64,000 nucleotides of DNA. Origin: Promethearchaeota archaeon (GTDB lineage Archaea > Asgardarchaeota > Lokiarchaeia > Sigyniarchaeales > SOKP01). Below are positions 30,535 to 40,906 of this stretch, piece after piece. Location of the stretch: the NCBI GenBank assembly GCA_019058365.1, contig JAHPZE010000002.1, positions 224,001-288,000 of the forward strand, written 5' to 3'. The notes beneath the pieces were generated by a model. The model worked only from the letters and a program-made list of their open reading frames with translations, was not told where the DNA came from and made no database searches. The stretch's first letter is position 1. The number at the start of each line of letters is the position of its first letter. The position numbers were made by a program, and so were the translations under genes.

Positions 30535-31722
30535 ATGAAAATTATGAAAACGATAGAAATTAATGCTGAATGGGATCCAAAACCAGGATTTAAATTAGGA
30601 TCAAAAGATATAGAAGGAAAGCTAACTTATTTAGGCTCGCAAGTGTGGCGTAATCCTGTTGTTGAAGTAGTAGAAAAACCAAAGCCTCAAATTAAATCAA
30701 ACGAAGTATTGATAAAAGTGAAACGATGTGGTATTTGTGGAAGTGATGTACACATGGCTCAAACATATGAAGATGGATATATTTATTATCCAGGATTAAC
30801 AGCTTTTCCAGCAACCCTTGGACATGAGTTTGCTGGTGAAGTTGTTGAAGTTGGAAGTCTAGCAATTAATAAAAGAACTGGAAAGCTTTATGAAAAAGGG
30901 GAACCTGTTACAGTTGAAGAAATGGTCTGGTGTGGCGAGTGCAAGCCTTGTTGCGATGGATACCCTAATCATTGTGAAAGACTACAAGAAATTGGTTTTT
31001 CTATTGATGGGGCTTATGCTGAATATATTGCTGTACCTGCCAAATTATGTTGGAGTTTAAAGAAGTTGGAAGATAAATATGATGATATTTTTAAGATAGG
31101 GAGTTTAGTAGAACCAACTTCAGTGGCATATAACGCAGTTATTGAAAGAGGTGGTGGAATTCGACCAGGGGAGAATGTAGTAATTCTGGGAGCTGGTCCT
31201 ATTGGTTTAGCAGCGGTAAAAATTCTAAAAACTGCTGGAGCAGCAGTATGTATTGTTTCAGAACCCGAAGAAAGCCGAGCATCATTAGTTAAAAAAATGG
31301 GTGCTGATTATGTGATAAATCCTCTTAGGGAAAATTTTGTTGAAAAAATTAAAGAATACACTGATAATGAAGGAGCTGCAATATATCTCGAAGCAACAGG
31401 ATTACCTGCTATTGTAACAAATGATATACAAAATGCAATATGGGAATGTAAAGCTGTTAATAGCACTGTAGTTATCGTAGCCAGAGCGGAGCAAAATATG
31501 CCAGTTTGTGGTGAATATTTCCAAGTAAAGAGAGCTCGTATTGTTGGTTCTCAAGGTCATTCTGGACATGGTAATTTTCCTAATGTAATAAGTTGCATGG
31601 CTGCTGGAATGGATATGACACCAATGGTTACAAAGGAAATTTCTCTTAATGATGTTCCTAAATATCTTAAACTTTTACAGACAGATAAAGAAAATTGTAA
31701 AATTTCAGTTAAAATAGCTTAA
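30535..31722 (+). CDS. iolM: scyllo-Inosose 3-dehydrogenase (Zn-dependent, Thermotoga IolM-like)
   Basis: CGICGSDVH, GYIYYPGLT.FP.TLGHEF, EEMVWCGECKPC.DG.PNHC, VGSQGHSGHGNFP.VI. Confidence 0.85.
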   Translation: MKIMKTIEINAEWDPKPGFKLGSKDIEGKLTYLGSQVWRNPVVEVVEKPKPQIKSNEVLIKVKRCGICGSDVHMAQTYEDGYIYYPGLTAFPATLGHEFAGEVVEVGSLAINKRTGKLYEKGEPVTVEEMVWCGECKPCCDGYPNHCERLQEIGFSIDGAYAEYIAVPAKLCWSLKKLEDKYDDIFKIGSLVEPTSVAYNAVIERGGGIRPGENVVILGAGPIGLAAVKILKTAGAAVCIVSEPEESRASLVKKMGADYVINPLRENFVEKIKEYTDNEGAAIYLEATGLPAIVTNDIQNAIWECKAVNSTVVIVARAEQNMPVCGEYFQVKRARIVGSQGHSGHGNFPNVISCMAAGMDMTPMVTKEISLNDVPKYLKLLQTDKENCKISVKIA

Positions 31723-31816
31723 AGTTTCTTAAAACACATAATGTTTTTGAAAGTTTTGATAATAAGAGACAATCAAAATTTTTTTATATCATTTTCATTA
31801 TTCTATTAATTCATTT

Positions 31817-32629
31817 TTATAAGATTAATCGTAAATATTCTGATGATTCTTTAGCAACATCTTCAAATGAAGGTTTCATTATTGTTTCAATTGAGGCAAA
31901 CCCATCATAACCAGCTTTTTTAAAAATATTCAGAAACGTTCTAAAGTCAAAATGACCTGTTCCTGGAGCTCTACGGGTGCAATCTGCAAGATGTATATGA
32001 GCAACATTTTGAGTTATTTCCTCTAAATAGTCCCATATATAGCCTGGATCCTCCTCTAAATAAGTATGAAAAGAGTCAATTAATAATTTTAAGTTTTTTG
32101 AGCCGATTTCCTCTATTAAATTTACTGATTCGGATATTGTATTATAAGAATCTATTTCAAATCTATTAATTGGTTCAAATAATAATAACACTCCATTATT
32201 TTCTGCCAAACGGCAGCATTCCTTTAGGGATGATTTAATGTTATTCTTTTCTTTTTTTAAGCTACTCTCAAAATTAAAACGCCCTCGAATTAAACCAATT
32301 ATAACTTTTGATTGGATTTTTTGTGCAAAATCTAAATAGTTCTGAATTCTTTGAATTGCTTTTTCCCTTATATGCTCGCTTTGATGTCCTAGAGAATATC
32401 CGAAACGAATATAGGTGCTTCCAGTTCCGATGGCAGAGATCTCAAAGTTATATGAATCCTTAATATCGTTAATCTTTTCAGTATTGATTTTTTCGGGTTC
32501 AAGAAGTGATAACTCAATTCCATCATAATTTAAAGAATTTAAGAATTCACATAATTGTGAAAAATGGTTTAAGACTTCATCTTGAGTACTTTTGGATTCA
32601 TTTAATCCAGAGACAATACTTAATTTCAT
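31817..32629 (-). CDS. iolO: TIM-barrel sugar epimerase, likely 5-keto-L-gluconate epimerase IolO
   Basis: YDGIEL, AIGTG, IIGLIRG, EPINRFE, DSFH, HIHLAD..R.APG.GH; iol context. Confidence 0.75.
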   Translation of the reverse strand: MKLSIVSGLNESKSTQDEVLNHFSQLCEFLNSLNYDGIELSLLEPEKINTEKINDIKDSYNFEISAIGTGSTYIRFGYSLGHQSEHIREKAIQRIQNYLDFAQKIQSKVIIGLIRGRFNFESSLKKEKNNIKSSLKECCRLAENNGVLLLFEPINRFEIDSYNTISESVNLIEEIGSKNLKLLIDSFHTYLEEDPGYIWDYLEEITQNVAHIHLADCTRRAPGTGHFDFRTFLNIFKKAGYDGFASIETIMKPSFEDVAKESSEYLRLIL

Positions 32630-32767
32630 GATGTAAATATCTATTGAAATTTGAATAGGATAGTGCTTTAATCATATAATAATATTAAGCAAAAATATTT
32701 TAAAATTCTAAAAAAAGAAAAATGAATCATCCTTAAATTAAGTTAAAAACCTAATGAGATCTTAAAA

Positions 32768-33586
32768 ATGAAGGAAAACATTGCTACCAAATCTGTTATG
32801 ACTTCTTATTTTTTTGAAGATCCTAAATATAGCACCGTCAATAGAGAAATTAATAGAGTAAAAGTAAGCTATTGTTATTTTGACTTAAAATTTAAATTAA
32901 AAACAGAAAAAAATCAAGTATTAAATGGAAGTTTATTATTGGGAGATGCTACTTTAATTATTGACAATATAGAAACTCAATTAAATCAATTTGATATATT
33001 CTTTATTCCTCCCGAAAAAGATTTCATTATCAAAGGTAAATATAAGTCAGAATATAAAATTGCTTTAGTTATTAGTCCAACTGAAACGAAGGTAGATCTA
33101 TCTTTTAATGTACAGAAGTATAAAATAAAGAATTTTATAGCTCGAGGGGAACCTAGCTCCAGTGAAAAAATGTCAACTTATAGAACTGTATGGACAGCAT
33201 TTAGCAATGGTTTTTTTATGTCAGGTATAACAAACATTCCTACTGAATCTCTGAAAACAGGTGTGGTAACTAGCGTCAATCTAGAAAAGAATAAAAAAGA
33301 CAGAGTCGTTGAGATTTACTCACATGTTCATCCCGATTTTCCTGAATTGTATATCTTTCTCATTGATGACGATAATTATGCTATCACCCAATATTTAATA
33401 AACTCCAAGGGTCAATCTGTTTGCAAGGATCTTTCAAACGGAGATGGATTATTTTTTCCTGGACATTTAGGACATATAAATTTTGCAAAACCCTTTTATA
33501 AAAATTTAAAATTTTGTTCTTATATGTGGTTCATTCCTACATTTGGTAAAAAAAAGGGAATAGAACCAATTACTTTAAAAGTTTAA
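32768..33586 (+). CDS. Hypothetical bicupin-like protein (IolB/KduI-like fold possible)
   Basis: YSHVHPDFPELY and GDGLFFPG..GH cupin-type motifs; directly upstream of iolN. Confidence 0.55.
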   Translation: MKENIATKSVMTSYFFEDPKYSTVNREINRVKVSYCYFDLKFKLKTEKNQVLNGSLLLGDATLIIDNIETQLNQFDIFFIPPEKDFIIKGKYKSEYKIALVISPTETKVDLSFNVQKYKIKNFIARGEPSSSEKMSTYRTVWTAFSNGFFMSGITNIPTESLKTGVVTSVNLEKNKKDRVVEIYSHVHPDFPELYIFLIDDDNYAITQYLINSKGQSVCKDLSNGDGLFFPGHLGHINFAKPFYKNLKFCSYMWFIPTFGKKKGIEPITLKV

Positions 33587-33631
33587 ATTGATGGATCATT
33601 CTATTACTTAAACAATTTTTTGTGATTAAAT

Positions 33632-34603
33632 ATGACAGATTGGAATTTACCCCCTAAAGAGTTTGGCCATATGGATAAACCTAGTGGTATCTATCTTCAA
33701 ACAATGTCTATAGCAGAAATTAAAGAAAGGGTGAAAAAAAATGATGTTATTATCATTCCGTGTGGGTCTACTGAAAATCATGGTCCTGCAGCTTGTATTG
33801 GAGAAGACACTTTCTTAGTCACTCGAATGGCAGAATTAGTAGCTCAAAAAACTGGATGTACAGTTGCTCAACCAACCTGGTATGGTTCTCACCCTTATCA
33901 TCATTTAGGAATGCCAGGAACTATTATGATCCCCGAAGAAACTTTTAAATCTCTATTAAGATCAGTAATGGCGGGATGTTGGAATACAGGTTTTAGAAAA
34001 ATGATATTATTAAACGGACATGGTCAAGAATACGTTATTCCAAGTGCAATACACGAGTTTGCGAAAAATTATCAATTACCTATGGTTGTATGTAATCTCA
34101 ATTGGTATCACGCAATTCCTCAGCATTGTATGGATCAGGAACATGGTGGCCCTTTTGAAACACCTTTTATTCATGCAGATGAAGCTGAAACTTCATTCTC
34201 AATGACATTATTCCCTGAAATGTTGAAAAAAATAGATATATGTGAGGATAATACCCCTATAGGTTGGATGCCAGAGGGTCATGTAGATAAAGCAGGAAAC
34301 ATTTATCAACGACCTATTAAATGGTATGGTCAAGTTGGATTTGGACCTATTGAAGTGTCTGCTTATCCAGAAGGTCATGTTGGTTGTCCCAGCAAAGCAA
34401 CTTTTGAGAAGGGAAAACCTGGTATGGAAGCATTTTTAGATTATTTAGAAAAACTTGTTAATGATATACTGAAAACATTTCCCCCCGGAAAACTTCCCCC
34501 AATTGAAGGTATCACTCAACGAGATCCAAAAGAAATTGAAAAGTATATTATGGGGCCGCTTAATGGTGGAAAAAGCATTTATGAATTAAGGTACCCTCCT
34601 TAA
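33632..34603 (+). CDS. iolN: 3-Dehydro-scyllo-inosose hydrolase (creatininase family, IolN-like)
   Basis: PCGSTENHG..GED, WYGSHPYHH.GMPGT, NGHGQE, TPFIHADE.ETS. Confidence 0.85.
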   Translation: MTDWNLPPKEFGHMDKPSGIYLQTMSIAEIKERVKKNDVIIIPCGSTENHGPAACIGEDTFLVTRMAELVAQKTGCTVAQPTWYGSHPYHHLGMPGTIMIPEETFKSLLRSVMAGCWNTGFRKMILLNGHGQEYVIPSAIHEFAKNYQLPMVVCNLNWYHAIPQHCMDQEHGGPFETPFIHADEAETSFSMTLFPEMLKKIDICEDNTPIGWMPEGHVDKAGNIYQRPIKWYGQVGFGPIEVSAYPEGHVGCPSKATFEKGKPGMEAFLDYLEKLVNDILKTFPPGKLPPIEGITQRDPKEIEKYIMGPLNGGKSIYELRYPP

Positions 34604-34669
34604 AATCTCTATTCAATTTTTTTTATCTTTCTTTATATTTTTATGTAAAAAAAATAGTTTTAATATTGA

Positions 34670-35164
34670 TTATATTTGTGCTCCACAATATGAACAAAAC
34701 TGTGCTGTGTCTTTACTAATAGGTGTTCCACAATTAGGACAATACTTTGCGCGTTCTTCTGAAACTTCTTCCTTCGTTGATAATGATAAATGCTTTATTT
34801 GTCCTGTTGTTGTATTAAAATTTCCCCGTAGTTGACCTGATGCTTTTAAATCTAAAATTATGGCTTGTATATCTTTTGGTGTAATTCCTGTACTTTGTCT
34901 AATGTCTTCTATAGTAGCTTCTGGAGTTACTTGAAACTCTGATAAAACTACATTCCTTAGTTTACTTCTATTAATTATTGCAAATATTTGACCTACCAAA
35001 ATAGCTACTCCAATTCCAGTAGATATAAATCCCCACCATGACCAATAATCCCATGGGATAAATGAGCTGATCCCCCAATATAAGAAAGCACCTGCGATAA
35101 TTAAAGCACATATGGAAAAACCTTCAGAATATTGATTTTTTTTATACTTCATATTAAATCCCAA
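34670..35164 (-). CDS. Membrane protein with winged-helix-like and C-terminal zinc-ribbon domains
   Basis: Two TM helices, then YCPNCG..FCSYCG. Confidence 0.7.
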   Translation of the reverse strand: MGFNMKYKKNQYSEGFSICALIIAGAFLYWGISSFIPWDYWSWWGFISTGIGVAILVGQIFAIINRSKLRNVVLSEFQVTPEATIEDIRQSTGITPKDIQAIILDLKASGQLRGNFNTTTGQIKHLSLSTKEEVSEERAKYCPNCGTPISKDTAQFCSYCGAQI

Positions 35165-35300
35165 TAATTTTCAAATATTTATATTAGATTTCACTAAATA
35201 ATTGTTAACTACCTTATAAATTTTTAGCATCATTTTATATCCCTACTATTTTAAAGAACTTAATAGAAGTGAAATAAAATAGAGGATTATCTAAACCCAC

Positions 35301-35654
35301 TCAATTAGTTATAATACATTTATTTATTATTTCAAAAACCGATGAGAAATCTACTTGATCCTCAGTAAGAAGTATAATAATTTTTTCTAAAATTTTAATT
35401 GAAAGGATATAAAAATTATCAGAATGAATAACATTGAAATCTGGATTATGAACTCCGATTTCTGATGTTATTTCTTCAGCTAACTCGTATAACTGTGACA
35501 TATTTAACCCTATAGACGATTTATTAAATTCTTGATTAATATAAGATTTAATAACAGCCCCGTTTTCTGATGTAATGATGATAAAATAAACTCCCGTTCC
35601 TAATTCCTTAACTAGATTGTCAAGAACTAAGTCGAGATTTAAAATAACAGTCAT
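35301..35654 (-). CDS. Roadblock/LC7-like protein
   Basis: 117 aa, helix-IIITSENGAVI-helix-beta strands pattern. Confidence 0.65.
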   Translation of the reverse strand: MTVILNLDLVLDNLVKELGTGVYFIIITSENGAVIKSYINQEFNKSSIGLNMSQLYELAEEITSEIGVHNPDFNVIHSDNFYILSIKILEKIIILLTEDQVDFSSVFEIINKCIITN

Positions 35655-36015
35655 TGTGATATAATTTATCGGTTTTTTAATATATAATTTTAGGTAAAAA
35701 TTATAATCTAAACTTGAAAGATTGATTTATATAAGGGGTAGATAGAAAAATAATTTGAAAGATATTGATTTTATTGTTTTTACAAATTTACACACTTATG
35801 AAAAATTAAATTATATTTCAAAATATTCATTAATTATTTCTTCAAAACTATGGAAAGGTGTTAAAAGTCCCTTAAACTCAACCATATGTGATGAATAACA
35901 CTTGCATAGAAACTCTTCTACACATTTTTCTTTTGGTATAGATGATAAATCTTTTTAATGTGTAATTTTATATCATAAAATGAATAATTCTTTTCCTATA
36001 GTATAAATTATTAAA

Positions 36016-36119
36016 TGGGCCAGGCAGGATTCGAACCTGCGACCTTGGGTTTAATGGATACATCCATTAAAAATCCCAGTCCGAAGCCGGGCACCCTATC
36101 CAGGCTAGATTACAGGCCC
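36016..36119 (-). tRNA. tRNA-Arg(TCG) with a ~29-nt intron in the variable loop (45/46; 36044-36072)
   Basis: GGGCCTG..CCCGG-CTTCGGA-CTGGG, insert hairpin tttaatggat/atccattaaa, GCAGG-TTCGAAT-CCTGC. Confidence 0.9.
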
Positions 36120-36248
36120 TTTAAATAAATAATATAAAAAAGTAAGTTATATTATTTTCATCCATTATTTCTAAAAAATTTTATTGAATTAGAATATTGA
36201 ATAATTCAATAATTTCTCGAATCTTATAAAGGAAAAGTGGAGTATATT

Positions 36249-36686
36249 TCAAATATCTTCCTTTTTAAAACCATTATTTAGATATTTTATGAATAATCGA
36301 AATAATTTTATAAATTTTAAACCTTGAGAAAGATCTCCATCAACTTTTATTATTCCTTTCATATAAGCATCAGTTCCATACATTTCACGCTTTAAAATTT
36401 TAACTAAGATATCTTCAGTGTATCTAATTCTAAATGATGCACTTCTGTTTATACCTTTTTTATAAATAATTGAACCATGAGATATGTTTAACCAAAAGTT
36501 AAAGTCAATATCCGTAATGATGATTTGATAGATATCATCATACTCTATTATCTCTTCTCGTAATTCTTCAGTAATTTTGAATTTGTTAACGGCAAACTTA
36601 ATGATTTTATCTAAAGTAGCAATAAATTCTTCATCATGATATTCCAAATAATGGATCACAGAATTATAACTCTTTGAATTGAGCAT
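36249..36686 (-). CDS. SCP2 sterol/lipid-binding domain protein
   Basis: FWLNISHG..AYMKGIIKVDGDL. Confidence 0.85.
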   Translation of the reverse strand: MLNSKSYNSVIHYLEYHDEEFIATLDKIIKFAVNKFKITEELREEIIEYDDIYQIIITDIDFNFWLNISHGSIIYKKGINRSASFRIRYTEDILVKILKREMYGTDAYMKGIIKVDGDLSQGLKFIKLFRLFIKYLNNGFKKEDI

Positions 36687-36860
36687 GCTATCTATACTTG
36701 ATACTAATTCAAATATATTATATTGTTATACCTATATATTCCTTATAATCTACATCATCTTTATAGCATATAAATGTTTCTATTAGGTGGTTTAAATGCT
36801 AAACAGAATAAAATTTTTATATTCTCTTTTATTCCTTTAATTACATAACTATAATTTTTT

Positions 36861-36970
36861 GCGGCTATAGTGTAGCCCGGTCTTTAAGTATAACAAATCT
36901 GTCTACTTAACCGAAAGCATTCGGGACTGTCACTCCTGCGACGCGGGTTCAAATCCCGCTAGCCGCGCCA
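36861..36970 (+). tRNA. tRNA-Asp(GTC) with a 32-nt D-loop intron (20b/21; 36884-36915) and encoded CCA
   Basis: GCGGCTA/TAGCCGC-G-CCA, CGGGA-CTGTCAC-TCCTG, BHB with central helix CGGT/ACCG. Confidence 0.93.
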
Positions 36971-37173
36971 TTACATTATAAAATTATTTAATTTGGAATT
37001 TATAAATTAAAGTTAGTCTGAAACTTGAGAAAAAGATAATTTACATCGAAATAATTTCTAAAAAACACTAATTTTTAACTATCATTATAACTATAACAAT
37101 AAAAAAAAATGAAATGAAATTAAATAAAAAAAAAGAAAAGATTCTTTGAAAGTTTAACAGGTTGCCTTTAATT

Positions 37174-37620
37174 TTACAAATCTTCTGCTAAATCTTCATA
37201 AGCTTCTAAAGCAAGCTCGATAATCTCCTGAAAGGCCATTGCGTCCTGTAAATTACCTTCCACTGTAATATCTCCAGCCATATACGCAGAAGTTGCATCT
37301 ACTTCTCCCATAAGAATACCCGCCCCTACCTCGAGCGTGGAAGACATTGTGAATGAAGGATTATCTACATTCCCTTCACCATAATCTAAATCTCCTTCCT
37401 TTACTGTGAGCCAATACTTCTTATTATTATCCGTGATGATCATACTTATGGCGATATCCATATCCTCGAGTTCTTCTTTGAGATCTTCATTCTCTTTCGA
37501 GATTTGCTTAACAAATTCATACATCCGCATCATATCCTCAGGTGAAGCGCTTGCAGCGCCAGCATCTTGGGCCGCTTTTATACTTTTCAATAATGATTCG
37601 TCAACCATTTTAATTTTCAA
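37174..37620 (-). CDS. SCP2 sterol/lipid-binding domain protein (acidic)
   Basis: YWLTVKEG..GEVDATSAYMAGDITVEGNL..AM. Confidence 0.9.
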   Translation of the reverse strand: MKIKMVDESLLKSIKAAQDAGAASASPEDMMRMYEFVKQISKENEDLKEELEDMDIAISMIITDNNKKYWLTVKEGDLDYGEGNVDNPSFTMSSTLEVGAGILMGEVDATSAYMAGDITVEGNLQDAMAFQEIIELALEAYEDLAEDL

Positions 37621-37932
37621 CCTTCTTTTGTAATTTTATTACTGATTTATAAAAATTATTTAAAAATATATTACATAAATAACAATATTAAAAGGATATA
37701 ATGATATAAAAAGGTTTTATTTCTTTTTTTTATATACTGAATAAAAAGCGGTTGAATACATAAATAAACTGAAATTTTAACCGAAAAGTGTAATATACTA
37801 ATATTATTTTCCCTTAAAACTACTTTTTAAAAATTTAATTAATTAATGCATAAAATTAAAACAATGTATTTTTATTATTAGTTTGGAACTAGATCATCGA
37901 CATATTTAGTCATTAGGTGTTTTGTAATAAGA

Positions 37933-38550
37933 ATGGTATTAGAACGTTTATACTCGGCAACTGATAATTTAATTAATCAACAGTTCTATAAAGAAAAAAG
38001 TGATATAATTATTGGGAGAACTCCCGAAATATCATTAAAGATTAGTAATTCAGGACAAATAGTAAGGAAATTTAAAGATTTATTTAACGAAAATCTACAC
38101 TTATTCCTTGAAGGCAAATACTTAGAATTTCTTAAGCATTTTCAAAGAATAAAAGGGATGGATGAAAACTATATTAGAGAAATTTACCAGGATCTTCAGC
38201 TTAAATTTGAAACATTAGAGGAATCAGAAAATATTAATAGCGTTATTGTTTACTCCCTCGTTCTAAATTCTCTAATATCAAGTATTAGAGATATTAATTT
38301 TGGAGAATCCATTAGAGAGATAAAAAGACGAGTATTAAAGAACTCAAATATTCATGAAAACAAGATCCAAGAAGAGTTAGATAAGTTATTCATGAGAAAT
38401 GATGAAAACGTTTCAATTTTATATAATATCTCTTATCTTGATACATTAGCAGAATCTTTCAATTATATGAAAGTTGCTCATATTTGTAAGATTCAAAAGA
38501 GCAAATTTATAAATCGAATTGTTAAACTGGTTTTGTCCCCAAATAAATAA
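37933..38550 (+). CDS. Hypothetical protein
   Basis: 205-aa helical ORF; no family recognised. Confidence 0.55.
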   Translation: MVLERLYSATDNLINQQFYKEKSDIIIGRTPEISLKISNSGQIVRKFKDLFNENLHLFLEGKYLEFLKHFQRIKGMDENYIREIYQDLQLKFETLEESENINSVIVYSLVLNSLISSIRDINFGESIREIKRRVLKNSNIHENKIQEELDKLFMRNDENVSILYNISYLDTLAESFNYMKVAHICKIQKSKFINRIVKLVLSPNK

Positions 38551-38565
38551 GTTTAGAAAAGATAC

Positions 38566-39327
38566 TTAAACATTACCAATGTCCTGATATAAGATTTCAA
38601 CAAGAGTATTTAACACAATTTCTCTTAAACCTTTATCATATTTTCTTATCCTATCTGAAAATTCAAATTGAATAGTCTGACTATTTGATGAAAAGTGAGA
38701 TGCTCCATATTGTTGTGTTATATATCCTCCAGATAGTACGTATTCTTTTCTTCTAGGATGCCCCGGTGCTATCGATATTTCTAACTCAAGAAATTTTTCT
38801 ATGATTTTTCCACGTATGTTTTTATTCCAGTCTCTTTTTAGAATTGATTTAGAGAAAAGTGACTCCAAATTATTAGTGCCTAATATTATTTCTACATCTC
38901 GAAATCCAGAAGGACGATTATCTTTTTCAAATCCATGTATATCTAGAAGTAATGAACGTCCAAATGTACTTATATTGTAATTTACCAATTTTTGGATTTT
39001 TCTATGGTAAAATCTATAGATTTCTTTAGCAAGATTTGAATTTTGATTATAAGCCTCACTTTCATACCGATTTAAATCGATTTTACTTCGCCGAACTTTT
39101 GAACTAATGTAAGAGGGAGTTTTTAATTCTGAAAATTCTTTTTTAAATTTTAAGCTTATTAGTTCAATTAATTTCTTCGAAAATTCTATAGTCCCTCTAT
39201 CAATTCCAAAAATTCCTGCTGTTCTTTGAGGAATTGTCTCACATTCTAAAATTCCGCCGTGAGGTACAGATATAATTAATGGGAGACTACCCTGTTCAAA
39301 TTCTATATAATCTTTTAGATCAGACAT
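38566..39327 (-). CDS. N-formylglutamate amidohydrolase-like Zn hydrolase
   Basis: ISVPHGG, D..T, R.KIDLNR, LLLDIHG, GGYITQ.YG, IQFE. Confidence 0.82.
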   Translation of the reverse strand: MSDLKDYIEFEQGSLPLIISVPHGGILECETIPQRTAGIFGIDRGTIEFSKKLIELISLKFKKEFSELKTPSYISSKVRRSKIDLNRYESEAYNQNSNLAKEIYRFYHRKIQKLVNYNISTFGRSLLLDIHGFEKDNRPSGFRDVEIILGTNNLESLFSKSILKRDWNKNIRGKIIEKFLELEISIAPGHPRRKEYVLSGGYITQQYGASHFSSNSQTIQFEFSDRIRKYDKGLREIVLNTLVEILYQDIGNV

Positions 39328-39595
39328 TTCTTTAAGATATAATTTTTAAAAACAAAAAATAGGTTAATTAATTGGAAAGAAGATATAATAATAAATCTTC
39401 ATGTGAATTTAAAATTCAAAAGAGTCAAATAAATCATAAAGATTAACTTATTTCACTCTGCAATGTTGCTTAAAACCAGTTAAAAATCAATTTATTTTCA
39501 CAAATTTTTATTAATTACCATAATAAAATAACGAATTATAAATTTAATTTAAAAGATATTGTATTAATATTATATCTGATTATTGAAAGTTTATT

Positions 39596-40900
39596 ATGAT
39601 AAGTAAACCCTCCTTGAAAAATATCGCTTTCATTTTTTACTATCATAGAGATAACTTTTATAGTCTAAATGCTATAGCGGGAGCTCTTGAAACAGATAAG
39701 ATATTTGAAAGCATCGATTTCTATTTTGTTCCAACACAAAATAAACTTATTATTACTCTAGAAGAAGTTGTCAAAAAATATAATAAAACCATAGTAGGAA
39801 TTTCATTTTATACAACTCAACTTTTAGAAACTCAAGATCTCATTCAAACAATAAAAAGGAAATTTAAAAATAAAACTATCATAGTCGCCGGAGGGCCTCA
39901 TCCAACAGGAGATCCTTTTGGAACTCTAAGAATAGGGGTTGATATTGTTGTTGTCGGTGAAAGTGAGGAAACTATTATCGAACTTATGCAAAGAATAGTA
40001 AATAATGAGAAATTTGATGATGTAAAGGGAATTGCTTACATAAATGAGAATAAGAAATATAATTACACAGGAAAAAGTAATTTAGTAAATTTAGATGAAT
40101 ATCCTCCCTTTCCCGTGAAAAGTACTCGATTCGGTGCGATTGAAATAACACGAGGATGCCCTTATGTATGCTACTTCTGCCAAACACCCTATCTTTTCGG
40201 CACAAAGCCTTCGCATAGAAGTATAGAAATAATTTGTAAGTATGTGCAAGAGTTAAAAAACTATTATGGAGATCTGACCTTTATACGATTCATAACTCCA
40301 AATGCTTTTTCATATGGCTCTAAGGATGGAAAGAATTTAAATTTAGAAAAACTTGAAGAATTACTTTTTAAGACTAAAGAAATTATCGGTAAAAAAGGGA
40401 AAATATTTTTAGGAACATTTCCATCTGAAGTTCGCCCTGAACATGTTACAACTGATACTTTAGATCTAGTTTTGAAATATGCTGATAATGATAATATTAC
40501 TATTGGAGCACAATCAGGTAGCCAAAAAGTATTGGATTCATGTCATAGAGAACATACCGTTCAAGATATATATAATGCAGTAGCCTTAGCATTAGAAAAT
40601 AATTTAAAAATTAATGTAGATTTTATATTTGGATTACCTGAAGAAACTGAAGAGGATATTAAATTAACAATTCAAGTAATGAGGGATTTAGCGACTAAGG
40701 ATGCAAGAATACATGCTCATTCATTTATACCTTTACCTCAAACTCCCTTTGCAAATGTACCAGTAAAAAGAATACAGGATCTTTATAAGAACGAGATTAA
40801 ATCATTAATTTCTAGAGGATTTGCATTTGGGGATTGGAAGAAACAGGAGCGAATAGCCATCAAGATAGGTAATTACATGAAAAAACTGAATTTAAAATGA
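39596..40900 (+). CDS. B12-binding radical SAM protein
   Basis: AGGPHPTG, VGESE, EITRGCPYVCYFCQTP, FPSEVRPE. Confidence 0.9.
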   Translation: MISKPSLKNIAFIFYYHRDNFYSLNAIAGALETDKIFESIDFYFVPTQNKLIITLEEVVKKYNKTIVGISFYTTQLLETQDLIQTIKRKFKNKTIIVAGGPHPTGDPFGTLRIGVDIVVVGESEETIIELMQRIVNNEKFDDVKGIAYINENKKYNYTGKSNLVNLDEYPPFPVKSTRFGAIEITRGCPYVCYFCQTPYLFGTKPSHRSIEIICKYVQELKNYYGDLTFIRFITPNAFSYGSKDGKNLNLEKLEELLFKTKEIIGKKGKIFLGTFPSEVRPEHVTTDTLDLVLKYADNDNITIGAQSGSQKVLDSCHREHTVQDIYNAVALALENNLKINVDFIFGLPEETEEDIKLTIQVMRDLATKDARIHAHSFIPLPQTPFANVPVKRIQDLYKNEIKSLISRGFAFGDWKKQERIAIKIGNYMKKLNLK

Positions 40901-40906
40901 AGTATT

